From Octopus bimaculoides (lineage: Eukaryota): 64,000 nt of DNA. Below the pieces are notes generated by a model. The model had not been told where the DNA came from. It searched no databases and was given only the letters and a program-made list of their open reading frames with translations. Each line of letters starts with the position of its first letter. Position 1 is the stretch's first letter. Location: the NCBI RefSeq assembly GCF_001194135.2, contig NC_068994.1, positions 1,318,307 through 1,382,306 of the forward strand. Direction: 5' to 3'. Of this stretch, positions 25,986-40,956 are shown in pieces. The translations under genes were made by a program, and so were the position numbers.

Positions 25986-26418
25986 CGCCTGTACCAATGT
26001 TTCTATCAATCATTTCGTACATCATCATCATCATCTCCCTGATTCAGTGTAGGTCAGTGGTGTTTGCATTCACGGAAACAGTGTGACATATCTCAGAATC
26101 ACCATCAGCCTCCTCATCATTGAAATCATCATTCGATGCAGCTGCACTGGTAGCTTCATTGTCATCATCATCATCATCATCACTACTACTATGACCTCCA
26201 TGATTAATGTCATCATAATTGTCGTTGTCATCATCAACATCACCTTTGTTGTTGATGACATTGTCATCATTGTCATCGACATCATCACCATTACCATCAC
26301 CATCATCAACATCACAACNNNNNNNNNNNNNNNNNNNNNNNNNNNNNNNNNNNNNNNNNNNNNNNNNNNNNNNNNNNNNNNNNNNNNNNNNNNNNNNNNN
26401 NNNNNNNNNNNNNNNNNN

Positions 26419-26449
<31 letters not shown>

Positions 26450-26629
26450 TACATACACACACACACATCCACCATCACATCTCTCCCCCTCCCACTTTTT
26501 ATTTTTGGTAGGGCGGCTGTTCAGCCATTGAAACTAGTCATCAAGGAGGTTAATTGATGAGTTCACATACTTTCGTGTTCATTATGGTTATACAGTATAC
26601 TTTTCCTATACACCGACATACATATACAC

Positions 26630-26668
<39 letters not shown>

Positions 26669-26818
26669 ATATACATCTGATACACACACACGCACAAGTA
26701 TATGTATGGTTTATTTCTTTATAGTATATTTTCTAATAGTTCTTGCTTGAATAATTTTTCACCATTTTCTTCTTCATATCGTTCCATTAGATACCATCTT
26801 GAATGTATTCAAATGGCA

Positions 26819-26876
26819 AAGAAGAAGAGGAAGAAGAAAAAGAAGAAGAAGAAGAAGAAGAAGAAGAAGAAGAAGA
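26819..26876. repeat. (GAA)n microsatellite
   Basis: About 19 units. Confidence 0.95.
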
Positions 26877-27335
26877 TGGAAAAAAAACTTGGAAGAAGAG
26901 GGGGAAATGAGCTGTGCAGCGGAGAGCAGTGCTGTGATGTGTGGGGGGTGCGTGCTATAATAGCAGTGTGTGTGTGTGCCATTGGTGTCGTCTGTGCAGT
27001 GTGTGACATGTGATGTGCAAAGTGTGATGTGTGTGTGTGTGTATGTGTGTGTGAAGAGTGGTGACTGGGGTGGAGGATGAGTATCGATGCTGGCTGCCTA
27101 GATTCATGGTTTCCACCAAATATTCTTCAGCTATCAGATCCCATTAAATACACCAAAGAATAAAGTGTCTCCCTCCATTTATACATACATGCATACACAC
27201 ACGCACACATATATATTTATATATATATATACATATATGTACACATATGTATGCATATATATGTATATATGCATATGTATATAATTATAAATATATATAT
27301 ATATATATGCATATATATACATATATACACATACA

Positions 27336-27368
<33 letters not shown>

Positions 27369-27943
27369 GTGTATATATGTTTTTATGTATGTATATATGC
27401 ATTGTGTAGTTACCATGTATGTAGATATATCAAGTATGGCCCATATATGGCATGCATATACGTATAATATATTTACATATGAATGCGTATATGTAATTAT
27501 GCATGCGTCNNNNNNNNNNNNNNNNNNNNNNNNNNNNNNNNNNNNNNNNNNNNNNNNNNNNNNNNNNNNNNNNNNNNNNNNNNNNNNNNNNNNNNNNNNN
27601 NNNNNNNNNNNNNNNNNNNNNNNNNNNNNNNNNNNNNNNNNNNNNNNNNNNNNNNNNNNNNNNNNNNNNNNNNNNNNNNNNNNNNNNNNNNATATACATA
27701 TATATATATGTGTGTATAAATATATATATTTAAGAAAGTATGTATATATATGTGTGTGTATATATATATGTATATATGCATGTATATACATATGTATATA
27801 TGCATATATATATACATACATGTATATACACACACACAATGATAAGGAGAGATACTTTTATGCAACTCAACACATTCTGTGAATAGTACTTCATAGTGTC
27901 TATGTGAAGTTATCTTTCAGATCTCCTTACACGCACGCACGTG

Positions 27944-27992
<49 letters not shown>

Positions 27993-28854
27993 ACACACAC
28001 ACAACTGCATATTTCAAAGTTTATCTATATCACCATTTATGTAAGTATATCTAACATCACTCTCACGCACTCACACAAAAACAAAATTAATGTCACCTCT
28101 ATGTATATATAAATAAATATATATATATATATATATATACATACACACACACACACACATATATATATGTGCATGTATGTATATAGCTCTATTTAAGACT
28201 GATGTATATCTCTGAGCACTGAAAATGTTTCAATATTGAGTAGAGATATGACTACATATGCACTGAATTCTATATTCCTCCATGTGTGTATGTGCGCATG
28301 GATGTATGTACATACATATACATATGTGTGTGTGTGTGTATGCATACATATATATATGTGTGTATGTGTGTTTATAAGTGTGTGTATGTTGTAAAGTGAG
28401 AATGAGATATGGCAGTCAGATGTCTCTATAAAAAGACCATTATGGTGAAAAGATGTATATCTTTAGTGGTGCTATATATATTATATACAAAATAAGTACA
28501 CCTCACACTATACATATATGCAAACACACACACACACGTGTGTGTGTGTTTGTGTGTACATGTGTGTGCGTGTGTGTATGTATATATATATATATATAGT
28601 TTGTACTGAACTGTTTTGCACATAATATATATGCAGCCACTAAAGATATACATCTTTATGTTATCTATCTATCTATCCATCTATATATATATATATATAG
28701 TTTGTACTGAACTGTTTTGCACATAATATATATGCAGCCACTAAAGATATACATCTTTANNNNNNNNNNTGATGTATAGATATAGATCATACCTACATAC
28801 ATACATATATGCATATATATTCTGGCGTGTATGTATGTGTGTGTGTATGCATAA

Positions 28855-28909
<55 letters not shown>

Positions 28910-29366
28910 GAGCAAAATGCATGGTAACAGTGAGCCAGTGTCAAAAGGACAGAGTGCTCTGTCGACAGAGTACTCTGTTGGCAGAGTACATTTCTTTGTT
29001 AACAAGAAGCAAGAGTTTCGTCAGTCGGGCATTTCTGCCCCTTTCACCATTTTGGAATAAACAAATGATTTCTGATAGACAATCCTTGTTGGTCCCCTGT
29101 TTCCTTTTATGTAACGATGGTGGTGGGCACACATGATAGGGTCACTAACCTGCTATACTGTGTAACACACACACAAATAGAAACATACATAAACGCAGAG
29201 ATACACACATGCATATAGTTATGTGGTAAGATGTGTGCTTTCCACCACATGGTTCTGGGTTCAATCCCACAGAATTGCACATTGGTCAAGCATTTTCTGT
29301 TAAAACCCTAAAGTATTGCAGGGGACTCAATTGACAGAAACTCAAAGGAGCCTGTCAATATATATG

Positions 29367-29472
<106 letters not shown>

Positions 29473-30037
29473 TGCGTCTGTGAGCATGTGTGTGTGTGTA
29501 TTTGTGGGGTGTATTTATTCAATGACACAGGCATGGAATATTTACATTTAGGAACCTGAGTTTCTCTGCAACAACTCTGTAATCAATTCTCTTCATCTGC
29601 AAGTCTGGTGCACATTCACTTCATGCTTAACATAGGAGCAAAAAGCACCACGGAAAGCCAACAGTTTCTCTCGAGATTCTTAACCATTCAAGGGGAACAA
29701 CATACATATATATATGTATGTAGATGTATGCAAGTGTGTTTATCTGGTTTCTTTGTTCCAAGTGTGTGTACAAGTATTGTTATTTCCTTGCCTGAGTTCT
29801 AAATAACCATTGTCCTTCATTCGTCTTCTGTAAAAACATGCTCGGCCATGGGGTGGGTGGTGGTGGTGGGGAGATACTAGCTTACTTGGATTCAGGTGAG
29901 GGTTGGTGACAAGAAGAGAATCCTGCTGAAGAAAATCCACCTTAACCAAATCCTGTCTGTTCTGTACAAACATGGACAGATGGTTGTTAGAAGGATGATG
30001 ATGATCATGATCATGATGGCAATCAAGATCATGATAT

Positions 30038-30079
<42 letters not shown>

Positions 30080-30081
<2 letters not shown>

Positions 30082-30513
30082 TCATCGTCGTCCTCATTTA
30101 ACGTCCGTTTTCCATGCTAGCATGGGTTGGACAGTTCAATTGGGGTCTGGGAAGCCAAGAGGCTGCACCAGGTTCCAATCGAATCTGGCAATGTTTCTAC
30201 AGCTGGATGCCCTTCCTTATGCCAACCACTCTGAGAGTGTAGTGGATGCTTTTTACATTTCACTGGCACAGGGGCCAGAAGGGGCTGGCAATAACCACGA
30301 TCAGTTTGCGCTTTTTACATGCCACCGGCATGGGAGCCAGTCAAGGTGGCGCTGGCATCAGCCATGTTTGGATGGTGTTTTTTACATGCCACCGTCATGG
30401 TGATCACAACTACAATTTCCATTTGATTTTGATTTTGATGTTGACTTGACTCAATAGGTTTCCTCAAGCACGGCATGTCACCCTACGATCGAAGGTACTT
30501 TTGAGTGGGCTGC
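30080..30513 (-). mobile_element. RTE 3'UTR copy with about three subrepeats
   Basis: tttaacgtccgttttccatgctagcatggg...gctggatgcccttccttatgccaacc...ttttacatgccacc repeats. Confidence 0.87.
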
Positions 30514-31364
30514 CAAATGAAATCACACATCTTTATTTATCTAAAGAATGAAAGTAAAGTTGACTTCAGCAGGATTTGAAACTGTGCACAGCCAGAATGA
30601 ATCTTGCAAAACATCCTACTGATAGCTTATTCTACCAAAATGGTATGTCTGCATTTGTTAATGTAAATATGTACATTTGTAAATGCATGTGTGTATGTGA
30701 GTGTATTCAAATATATTCATACTATTTATATGTATACATTGGAATAAATAGATATATAAATGTGTGTGTGTGTCTATATATATTTACATACATAAATAAT
30801 ATACATATCTGTGTGTGTGTGTGTGTTTAATGTATTTATGTATATGTGTGGATGTATGCTGTTCTGTATACCTATTGGAAAATATGCACATCTGTCTTCA
30901 AACACATACATACACCTACAAATACACACATATATACAAACAGGCACAAACAAATGCAGTAGCAAATACACACACACACACACACACACACATGCTCACA
31001 TCTACATACACGCACCCACGCAGATCTACATCTATCTTCTAGCTTCAGCATCCACACATCTACACACATATTTTTAGAGACACATACACATCTAAGCTAG
31101 TATTCCCTCTCCCCTTCTCTACCATACACCTGCACAAAGACACATATGATCATCAATAATACAGCATGTTCCTCACATGCCCGTCTATATACCAACCTGC
31201 ATAAACATGCATATTTCAACAAACAGTGCTGCCACCACCACCACCACCACCATATTGCTGTTTAAAAGATAAAGATCACAAGGTGAGGTTTACATCAAAG
31301 ATGACCAGATCCAATCTGTTTCAGCCACACTCTTTCTCTCTCAAGTGGTTACATATGATCCAAC

Positions 31365-31415
<51 letters not shown>

Positions 31416-31959
31416 TACATACATATTTACACACATATATGCACACATACTCTCTCGTTGTCCCCTCATGCCTCTGGCTGTTCTGTAATTACATCTTACG
31501 TCCACCCAGATTCTACGTCCATATACCTTTCAGCTTTTCTCTCAACAAATTTTACAGATCTATATCTATGGGTGTATATGCATTCACATGCATATACACA
31601 TGCTTATAAATCTTTGAGTGTAAGCATGTATGTAGAACGAGAGATAGAAAGATAAAGGGATGCATATATAGATGCATAGAGATGTGTATATATATGCAAT
31701 ATGCTCATACACACACACACACACACACAAATATACGCATACATACACAGACATATGAGTAGATATATGCTTACTTCAAAGCATAAATTTATGCCTATAC
31801 ACCAAAGCATATACACACTTGTGTCATCATATACTCACATTCTGCAACAAATATACACAAACATTAAACAAACGAAATATCAAAAAGATCATAAAAGCCA
31901 TGCAGTGTATATACTGTAAGGTCTGAAAATCTCTCTCTCTCTCTGTTTCTGTCTCTCCC

Positions 31960-31990
<31 letters not shown>

Positions 31991-32081
31991 ATATATATAT
32001 ATATTCATTTGTATCTTTCTGTCAATCATTCTGTCTGTCTATCTATTTATATCTATCTCATTTTCTATGTATATATATATA

Positions 32082-32304
32082 CAGCAATCCCTCACCATAT
32101 TGTGGTTCACCTATAGTGGTTTATTATTCAAGCTTACGTCAGTTCCTCAATGGTGTTGTTTTGCATTTATAATAAAATAAATATATACAAATTATTAAGA
32201 TAACAAAAACAAAATTTCAGTACAGTACTGTTTCTACTTCATGGATTTTCTCCTATTGTGGGGTGTTTTGGAATCTAACACCCATGATAGTCGAGGGATT
32301 ACTG
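32082..32304. mobile_element. Tc1/mariner (pogo/Tigger-like) MITE with TA TSD
   Basis: TA|cagcaatccctc ... gagggattactg|TA. Confidence 0.8.
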
Positions 32305-32328
32305 TATAAATATGTGTGTGTATGTGTT

Positions 32329-32404
<76 letters not shown>

Positions 32405-34616
32405 TGTGGGTGTGAGGATGCATGGCCTTGTGGTTTGGTTCATGAGCACAAGTTCAATGCCTGCAATGGGCAGCATGTTATATCTTTGAACAAGATACTT
32501 TACTTTATGTCACTCTAATCTACTAGAAGTGGTGCAGCTCCCTCTTTTTCCCTTCCTTCAACTGGCTGTACTGGACTATATCTAAACTGAGCCATCTCTT
32601 ATGAATGATCTGGTATGGTCTACTAGCTTGCATCCCACTTTCACAAACTATTTTAGGACACTGCACTTCTACAAGTGGACAAAGACATCTGCTGAGCTCT
32701 TGATCCAATGGGACATCAAATATGTGAAAGGTGGAGGGAGACAGTGAGCTTCTTTGGTGGCTACTCATTTCCATTTCCAATTGAGCTGATGGGAGCAACA
32801 TGAAATGAAGTGTCTTGCTCTAAGGAACAATGCACTGTCCAGTCTAGGGAGTGAACCTATGATGTTAAGATCAACACCCTAGCAACACCATAATGTGCCT
32901 TCACACTATATACAAAAATATATATATATATATTTCACAGCTAAGTGGGCTAAGATCCTAAGAAGTTCACTTGATCTATGGGCCTTCGCAAATTCCAAAG
33001 TAAAATGTTTAGTTGGTGCCCTCACGAAGAATAATTCATATTGAAGATATGGACTTCTCCACTTGCTGACTAGTGAACAGAAATTGAGCATAAACTGACA
33101 CTTTTGGGACAAAACTGGAACTGCAGGAAGGTAAATAACTCCATCTTGCTCAAAAGGGGCTTTCACATCAAAGAATTTTGTTTCAGGGATTTTTCACAAT
33201 CTTGCTGACCAAGACTGTATTCTTGCCTCCATTAGTAAAAAGGTTATGTGCCTCTGGTCAGCAGGTCTAATGAGTCACCTGTTTTGCTAAGAGCTGCGAT
33301 AATAGATGTGAAACCAAAGATAGCTTTCTGACTGGTCATCACCAATGACTATATATGTGTGTGTGTGTGTCTGTGTGTGCATTTATATATATATAAATGA
33401 TGTATTCCTAGATGTACTATGACAAAAAGAAGAGTGGGTGTCCAAAAGTCTGTTTAACAACAATAACTACAACAACAACAATAGCATTAGTCCATAGGAT
33501 TGACTTCGCTGTTATCACCAACACCGACACCATCAATATCACCACCAACATGACCACCACCACCACCACCATCACTCCCACTGTCACCACCACCACCACC
33601 ACCACCACCAATAGCACTACCAAAGACAACAACAGCAACAACAACAGTGATGACAGCAACCTGAAGGACACCAGTGACAACAACAACATCTCTATGACAG
33701 AACGTGACTGAGATACTGTGAAGTGAATACTTGTGAGAAGTACCAACACACACACACACATACACACACACACACCACACATACACAAACTGTGCTTATA
33801 CATTGTATACACATCTGTATACACACTATATACAGACACTGTATATAGAGTGTATAAATATATATACATATATATACACCAGACACTCTACACATTGTGC
33901 AGTACATATACATATGTATGCACCACACAGTTAAATTATGCACACAACATTCATACATAAACATATACACTAGTTTTACATTATCAACACTATACAAACC
34001 ACAAATACATTATACACACATAGTCTATAACACACAGATACTATATACACAGCACGCACATACTGTAAATACACAGATACTATATATACAGCATATATAC
34101 ACAACACACACCTTATTCCATTGAAATTCTCTCAACGTTTGGAAAGTAGCGCCATGACACAACAGAGAAAACAGCCAACGGCAGCATCAACAAGGTCAAC
34201 AGAGAATTGGTAAAATTGAATGCAAAAATTTCGGGGAGCAAGAAGAGAAAGAAGAAGAAAAAATGCCTGAAGCACAGAGTTCTTTTATTGTATTTCGTTT
34301 TTCAGTGAAAATTGCTAGATTTTAAAGCCATTAACTCTTGCTACGAACTTGGCAGACGATAAAGAATGGAGAGGTTGATGAAAATGGTGTTGTTTGATTG
34401 ACACAGAATGTTATGTTATCGTGGTTGTCCAGTCACTGGGTGGTAAATGCAAAGCTGGAACAATGACGGCAAATAATGGTTGATGCTAGACGCTGGAACA
34501 GGAAATTATTAAATGTAAATCTTTAACGAAGTTCTGAGACTAACTTCTGATTTAATCCAATTCTTTCTCCCCCCCTTCCCCCTCTTTCACATTTTACTAA
34601 TTTTCTTTCTTTCTGA

Positions 34617-34665
<49 letters not shown>

Positions 34666-36854
34666 GATGTATAATTCTTTGCTTCCTGCAGTCTGCTCTA
34701 AAACGATGTCTTTGGTCAACAGATAACAGCCGTTATTGACACCTCCACTCTCTCACTCCTCTTTTCTCTCTCCCTCTCTGTTGAGCGTGGGTGGGTGTGT
34801 TTGAGTGTTTGTTACTGTTTAACTTTTAGACATTCCATTACAGTTTGCAGCTCAACCGACTCAGCTATTGTACCAACAACAGCTGTTTGTGTATAGTCTA
34901 TATATACACTGTAACAAACAGTGTTATAACAATAGGGACCCCATCTGTTCTTGGTACCACAACAAATCCCCTCAGTCAGGCAGTAAACTGGCAGAATTCA
35001 GTCCTCTGAAGTCAATGAAATATATTATCAGTAATAAAAAATGAACCCCTCTCACTTTGAGTTCCTCTTTTAAACAGTTGCCTCTTTTGGTTCACAACAA
35101 AGTCTCTTTGGCCATTTCCTTCTGTAGAATACTTAACCATTTCTTTTTATAGATTTTTAAGGTACACCCATTGCATCTGTGGCTGTTGCTCCCACTACTA
35201 CTATTACTACAACCACCACCACTATTACTACTTTTGCTATTGTTGTATGTAGGGGTTTAACTGAGTTCAGTGTTATTGTCAATACTGATGAAGCAGGCAT
35301 ATGATCAAAGCCATTCCAGCCATGACCATCCTTTTTAATGACACGTATCTATGATTAAATTATCTGATGTGTTCTTTCCATCTTTAAGACATTGGCGTGT
35401 GTCTTGAGTGAGATTTGGCTGGTGTTTCTAGCAAGCACAGAAACCATACAGTAACTCTCTCTCTCTCATCACCTTAACTATTTTATATTATTGTTGTTGT
35501 TGTTGTTACTGTTATCATTAGTGTTATTGTTGTTGTTGTTGCTCTAGCTCCTCTCCTCCCTCCTATGCGTGTGTCTGTTATTTCTTCAGTAAACCCAGAA
35601 TGTTCCACAGGATTCTAACCTTAGGCAGCAGTAGCAGCAGCAGTAAGCTGTTTATTGTGTTTTGCTGTTGAGCTCTGAATGTTTCCCTTTTGCATTTCCA
35701 ACTTGATTTAACGAACACACACCTACAATTATTTAATTAAAAACAAACATTGTCTTTTCATAAAATAAACTTGCAGTTTGTCTCTTATTTGAACTTTATT
35801 TGTATCTTTATTATTATTATTTTAATTTTTTTCCCCTTCATATTTGTCTCCGAGATTTAAGTTGTTTTTGTTGTTGTTTTTATTTTTATGGATGAAGGAA
35901 GAAGAGGAAGAAGAGTCAGAAAATAAACAAGGCAGGCTTTGCATTGCATCCTATGTTTTCTTTACTCTGTGCATGTGTGTGTATGTGTGTTTGATTTTCT
36001 GTTGGTGCATGATGAGGTTAGCAAATGTCTTACAGGCATTATATTTACAATTCAAGTTGATTCAAGTTGAACAGTGTAAATGGTCACATGACTTGAAACT
36101 CAGAAAGCACAAAGTGTTTGGGTCCCTGTTATAGCAAAGTTAATCCCTTAGGGTATTCCCTCAATGTTTATCTAATCTTATTTAAAGAATATGTTTGTGT
36201 GAGTATGTTGTTTTCTTTTGTTCTAAGGGGCCTCCTGTCAAAAAGAACAACTGGAATGGAGACGTTGGTTGGTGTGTGGCTGTAATTGAGTTAAACAATG
36301 TCAGTTCTATGATATGAAGACTCCATGTAATCAATGAAGTCTTGGAGACATCAGAAGAGGAATTAGAAACTTGGCGTTGCAGAAGATAACCAGTCTCCAG
36401 TTTCTAAAGATTCTGGTTGTTATTCTGTTAGAATTGGTTGTGCTACACGTTTGGAAAGGAAGGTTATCACTTTAACTGTGCTACATGTTTTGATGGAGGA
36501 GGTCATCAGTTTAATTGTGCTACATGTTTGGAAGGGTGGGAAGCTTTCATTCTCATGTACAACATCTGTCCAAGTTATAAGTGAAAACACTTATTTTCTT
36601 ACATTATCAATCTAAACATGTTACATGTCTCCTATTTAGATTGCTAGAGTGTACATGTTGCATGTTTCAAGAACATTAAATTCTCTCATGTAGCATAGAT
36701 GTGGTCTCTATGATTACTAATAGTACATGTTTCAGAATCAATAATTCTGACATATTTTATGTATTTCTGACTGCTCATACAGGCAGATGTGACAAAAGCC
36801 CTAATTATACATGTTACATGTGTTGGGTATCTATGACTATCCATGCCACTGCAT

Positions 36855-37017
36855 ATACTTCCAGGCCAGATTCCAAAAGTGGAATGTATGTTGGGATGGG
36901 TGTATTGCTGTGCAAGATGACTATTTCGAAGGAGATGATGTTAAAACTTACGTAAACAAATTATTTTTGTTATCAAACATAACAAGTCAGGGATCATTTT
37001 GAAACCACTTCATACGA
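36855..37017 (+). mobile_element. Mariner transposase 3' end fragment
   Basis: FQARFQKWNVCWDGCIAVQDDYFEGD (mariner C-terminal WxxCIxxxGxYFEGD); related to 58500-58570. Confidence 0.8.
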
Positions 37018-37599
37018 TGTAGGTGTCTCTCTCTGACAATGCTACACCTTTGACAAACCATTACTCAAGGTACTCTACATGTTTCCACGATGTCAGAAAA
37101 CAAATAACACTTGTTTCCCAATTATTAACAAAAGCAGGAGACCCAGGAATTGGGCGAGGGGAATGGATGATATCATCAATCCCAGTATTTGACTGATGTT
37201 TTATTTTTTGGCCCCACAACAATGAAAAACAAGAGTTGATTATGGCAGGACTTGAACTCAGGATGTGAAGAGCTAAAATACTGGCAGAAACTTTATCCAA
37301 AGCCCCAATGTGATGCAGCAAGAGCTCTCCATTAGGAACATCTGGGTCTCCCTGACTACAGAAAAAGACATAATTTTAGGAGGGATTTGTTTTTGAACAC
37401 AGCAGGATATTATAAGGGAAATTCAGGCAAATGAATCTCACATGTTCAAAGTTTATTCCTCATTTCGATCAATGGCCACCTCACTTAAATATATGGATTC
37501 TCCATGTATGTATGTCACATGACCTATTTATATTTTCTGCCTGTGTGTGCCACATGTTCTTCTTCATCCAAATCTGACTGTTGACGGGGGTGGGGTGGG

Positions 37600-37790
37600 G
37601 AAGGGAGGAGTTGCTAAAGCACCAGACAAAATGTCTTGTGGTATTTCTTTCAGTTCTTTACGTTGTGAGTTCAAATCCTACTCAGGTCATCTTTGCCTTC
37701 CAACTCACTGGAGACGATAAAATGAAGAAGCACTCAAACGCTAGGGTCAGTGGTATCAACTAACCCATCCATGCTGCTTGCTGGACTCAG
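37600..37790 (+). mobile_element. SINE family A
   Basis: gagttcaaatcctactcaggtcatctttgccttccaactcactggagacgataaaat. Confidence 0.7.
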
Positions 37791-38424
37791 TAAGCATGCA
37801 TGTTTTTGTCACTTGTCTGTCCATGTAACCCCGTGTTAAGATTTATTACTCCATGGACATGTGGTTGCTTTCATCAGCTGATTATTTTGTTTCTTAAGTT
37901 AAACCCCCCCACCCCACAAACATACACCCATGCACACACACAAGACCACACACATGCACACAAGAAGTGTACACACACTTCACTTCTTTACTCACTCTAC
38001 ATGTACTACATGTCTGCACATGTAGTACATGGTCTGAATTCTGTGACTCTGAAATCAATATCATCATGGCAAAAAAGGAGAATAGCAGTGATGATGATGA
38101 TGATGATGATCATCATCATCATCATCATCATCATAACGACGATGACGGTGATGGTGACGATGAAACCTTGTCTAAATTGCCATGCCATTATTCCTAAGCC
38201 AGGCCACAATCCAGTTTAGCACCAACTCCCCCACCTTTCCCTCCATCCACCACCACTGCCACCGCCGCCATTGCCACCACCATATAAAATAAATTACAAA
38301 TAATTAATTCTCTCCATTTTATTTTTTATTAAATTCTTTAAAATTGATTTCTGACATTTTCTTCTCCATTTTTTGAGTTTTTTAAAAAATATTTTCTTCT
38401 TCCATTTTAACCCACAAACCATAC

Positions 38425-38458
38425 CTTTCGCCACCCCACCCCCGTGTGGTTGTCATCA
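38425..38458 (-). CDS. Candidate 34-nt micro-exon (unknown product)
   Basis: Minus strand: ~35-nt polypyrimidine tract ...ctcatttcactgtAG|TGATGACAACC...GGCGAAAG|GTatgg; open in two frames; no recognised homology. Confidence 0.25.
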
Positions 38459-38937
38459 CTACAGTGAAATGAGGGGGGAGAGGGGGGAAAAGGAGAGACA
38501 TACAGACACACACATACATGCATAGACACACAGACACACAAAATCAAACTCATGCAATGTTATACACAGCCTCCCACACACATACACTTATGTGAACTCT
38601 CATGCACACACATATATATGTGAACAGTATCACACATATACACACACACACACACACACAAACACCACCACGTATGAAAATGTAAACAGACACTTCTGTA
38701 CACATGTACACATGCAACCGCACAGAGACAACCTCATACACATATGCAAACACTCACATACACACGCAAACACAGACAACCACACAAACACATTTAAATG
38801 CACAACCACACGTATACACACATAAATACACATTCGCACATAGACACACAAAACCTCACAACCCTACAAAATGCACAGCTACTTAAACACACACACACAC
38901 ACATGTATATACACGACTACACAACCATACACACCTT

Positions 38938-39047
<110 letters not shown>

Positions 39048-39307
39048 CAACCAAATATACTTGCACAAATATACACATGTATACACAACCATGCACACAC
39101 ACACACCACTACATTTATGTATATACACATGTATACACAACACACACACATATATACATTAGCATATATATACACACATTTACACACAATCACACATATA
39201 TATACACACTTCTAGTTAGTGAATATCTAGAATATACTTAAAAAGTCAAAGTTGCTATTTGTTACTTCATTATTGGGGGGGGGGAGCAAGGTGTGTATAA
39301 CAAGAAG

Positions 39308-39348
<41 letters not shown>

Positions 39349-39505
39349 GTGAGTAAGCAGACGTTTATATGTATATACATGCAAACAAGCATACATATAT
39401 GCATTCATGCACATTTACATATATACACACATGTAGATTCATATTTATACAAACTTATGTACACACGCAATATATGTATGTGTATATATATTGTATAAAC
39501 TTCTG

Positions 39506-39572
<67 letters not shown>

Positions 39573-40072
39573 CCATATAAGTACACATATGTGTGTATAT
39601 ATATATACACATACACCCATGCACATGTACATACATAGACAAATATATACATAGGTACATGCACTTTTACCTTCATGTATGCATGTATGCATACATACAT
39701 ATATGAATATGCATACACACACACACACATACATATACAGACACATAGAGAAACACATTGATGTGAATGTAGAATGATGATAGGAGTAGTCGTAATGGTG
39801 GTGGTGGTGGTGGTGGTAGTAGTGCTGGTGGTGTCATTGCTAGTGTTAGGGTGATAGATTTTGTTGCTCCGGCAGGGATATTGGTTGTGGTGTTGGTGTT
39901 GGTGGTGACAGCATTATTTAAAGTGATAATGTTCTTTGAATGCTTCTGGTGTGATGTTAATAGTGATGATATTTAAAGAATGGCGGCGCCACTAGTAGTA
40001 GTGACAACATCATAGAAGCATTTCTGTCATCATCCTCTCCATATTTCCTTTTTGCTGTTTCATTCAACCCCA

Positions 40073-40131
<59 letters not shown>

Positions 40132-40869
40132 ATACCAGAGAACTGAATAAAGCCATGCAAACAATTCTTGCCAACTTTATTTCAAAGTTCTCATTATTTT
40201 CTACCCCCATCTTACAAATATCCATTCAAGGTTTTTATTGGTTTTTAAAGGACTCTATAAAATATTCTATATATCTCTTATGCATGCATAATTCAAATNN
40301 NNNNNNNNNNNNNNNNNNNNNNNNNNNNNNNNNNNNNNNNNNNNNNNNNNNNNNNNNNNNNNNNNNNNNNNNNNNNNATCCCCATTGTTACAATATCATA
40401 AAGAAAATACAACATTGTAAACAACTCCAAACATGACCTCTCCTTCTCATTCACTCATTACTGCCTTCCTTGATCTCCTCCTTCTCCTGGACTCTCTACA
40501 CCCCTCCCTACAATGACCTCTCACCTCCTCCCTACCTCTTTACTGACCAATCAACTGCAGGCTCATTTNNNNNNNNNNCATTATACACATAAATATGTAC
40601 ATTATATTTGAATTATGCAAATGAAGCAGCTCTATAATTAAAAGAATGCATGCCACAAACTTAATATATGTGTGTTGCTTAAACACCAGAAGCTGTCTTT
40701 TTTTTTGTTTTTGTTTTTGTAATGTATACACAAAGTTGATAAACTGCAACCACGAAGAAATGCAGCATCTCCCTCTCTTTTGTGATCTTTTCTGGGGTGA
40801 TTCTATTTCACCTAACTCTGAAGTATATCGTGCTTTTTGGATCATTGCCCTCCTAGCCAGGGGCCATAC

Positions 40870-40956
40870 CATTCGCAGCCCTTTTCATTTGGTATAGTCT
40901 CTTTGCTGCTTTTGCTCCTGCTCCTACTGATGATGATGATAGTGGTGTTTCTGCTG
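40870..40956 (-). CDS. Candidate 87-nt exon (unknown product)
   Basis: gttgtttatAG|CAGCAG...GCGAATG|GTatgg; length a multiple of 3; reads AETPLSSSSVGAGAKAAKRLYQMKRAAN; may be only a degenerate trinucleotide tract. Confidence 0.2.

Noticed and set aside
28590-28760. ~70-bp direct duplication
   Set aside because: Identical copies ending at a 10-N gap; likely assembly artefact, though a real tandem duplication is not excluded
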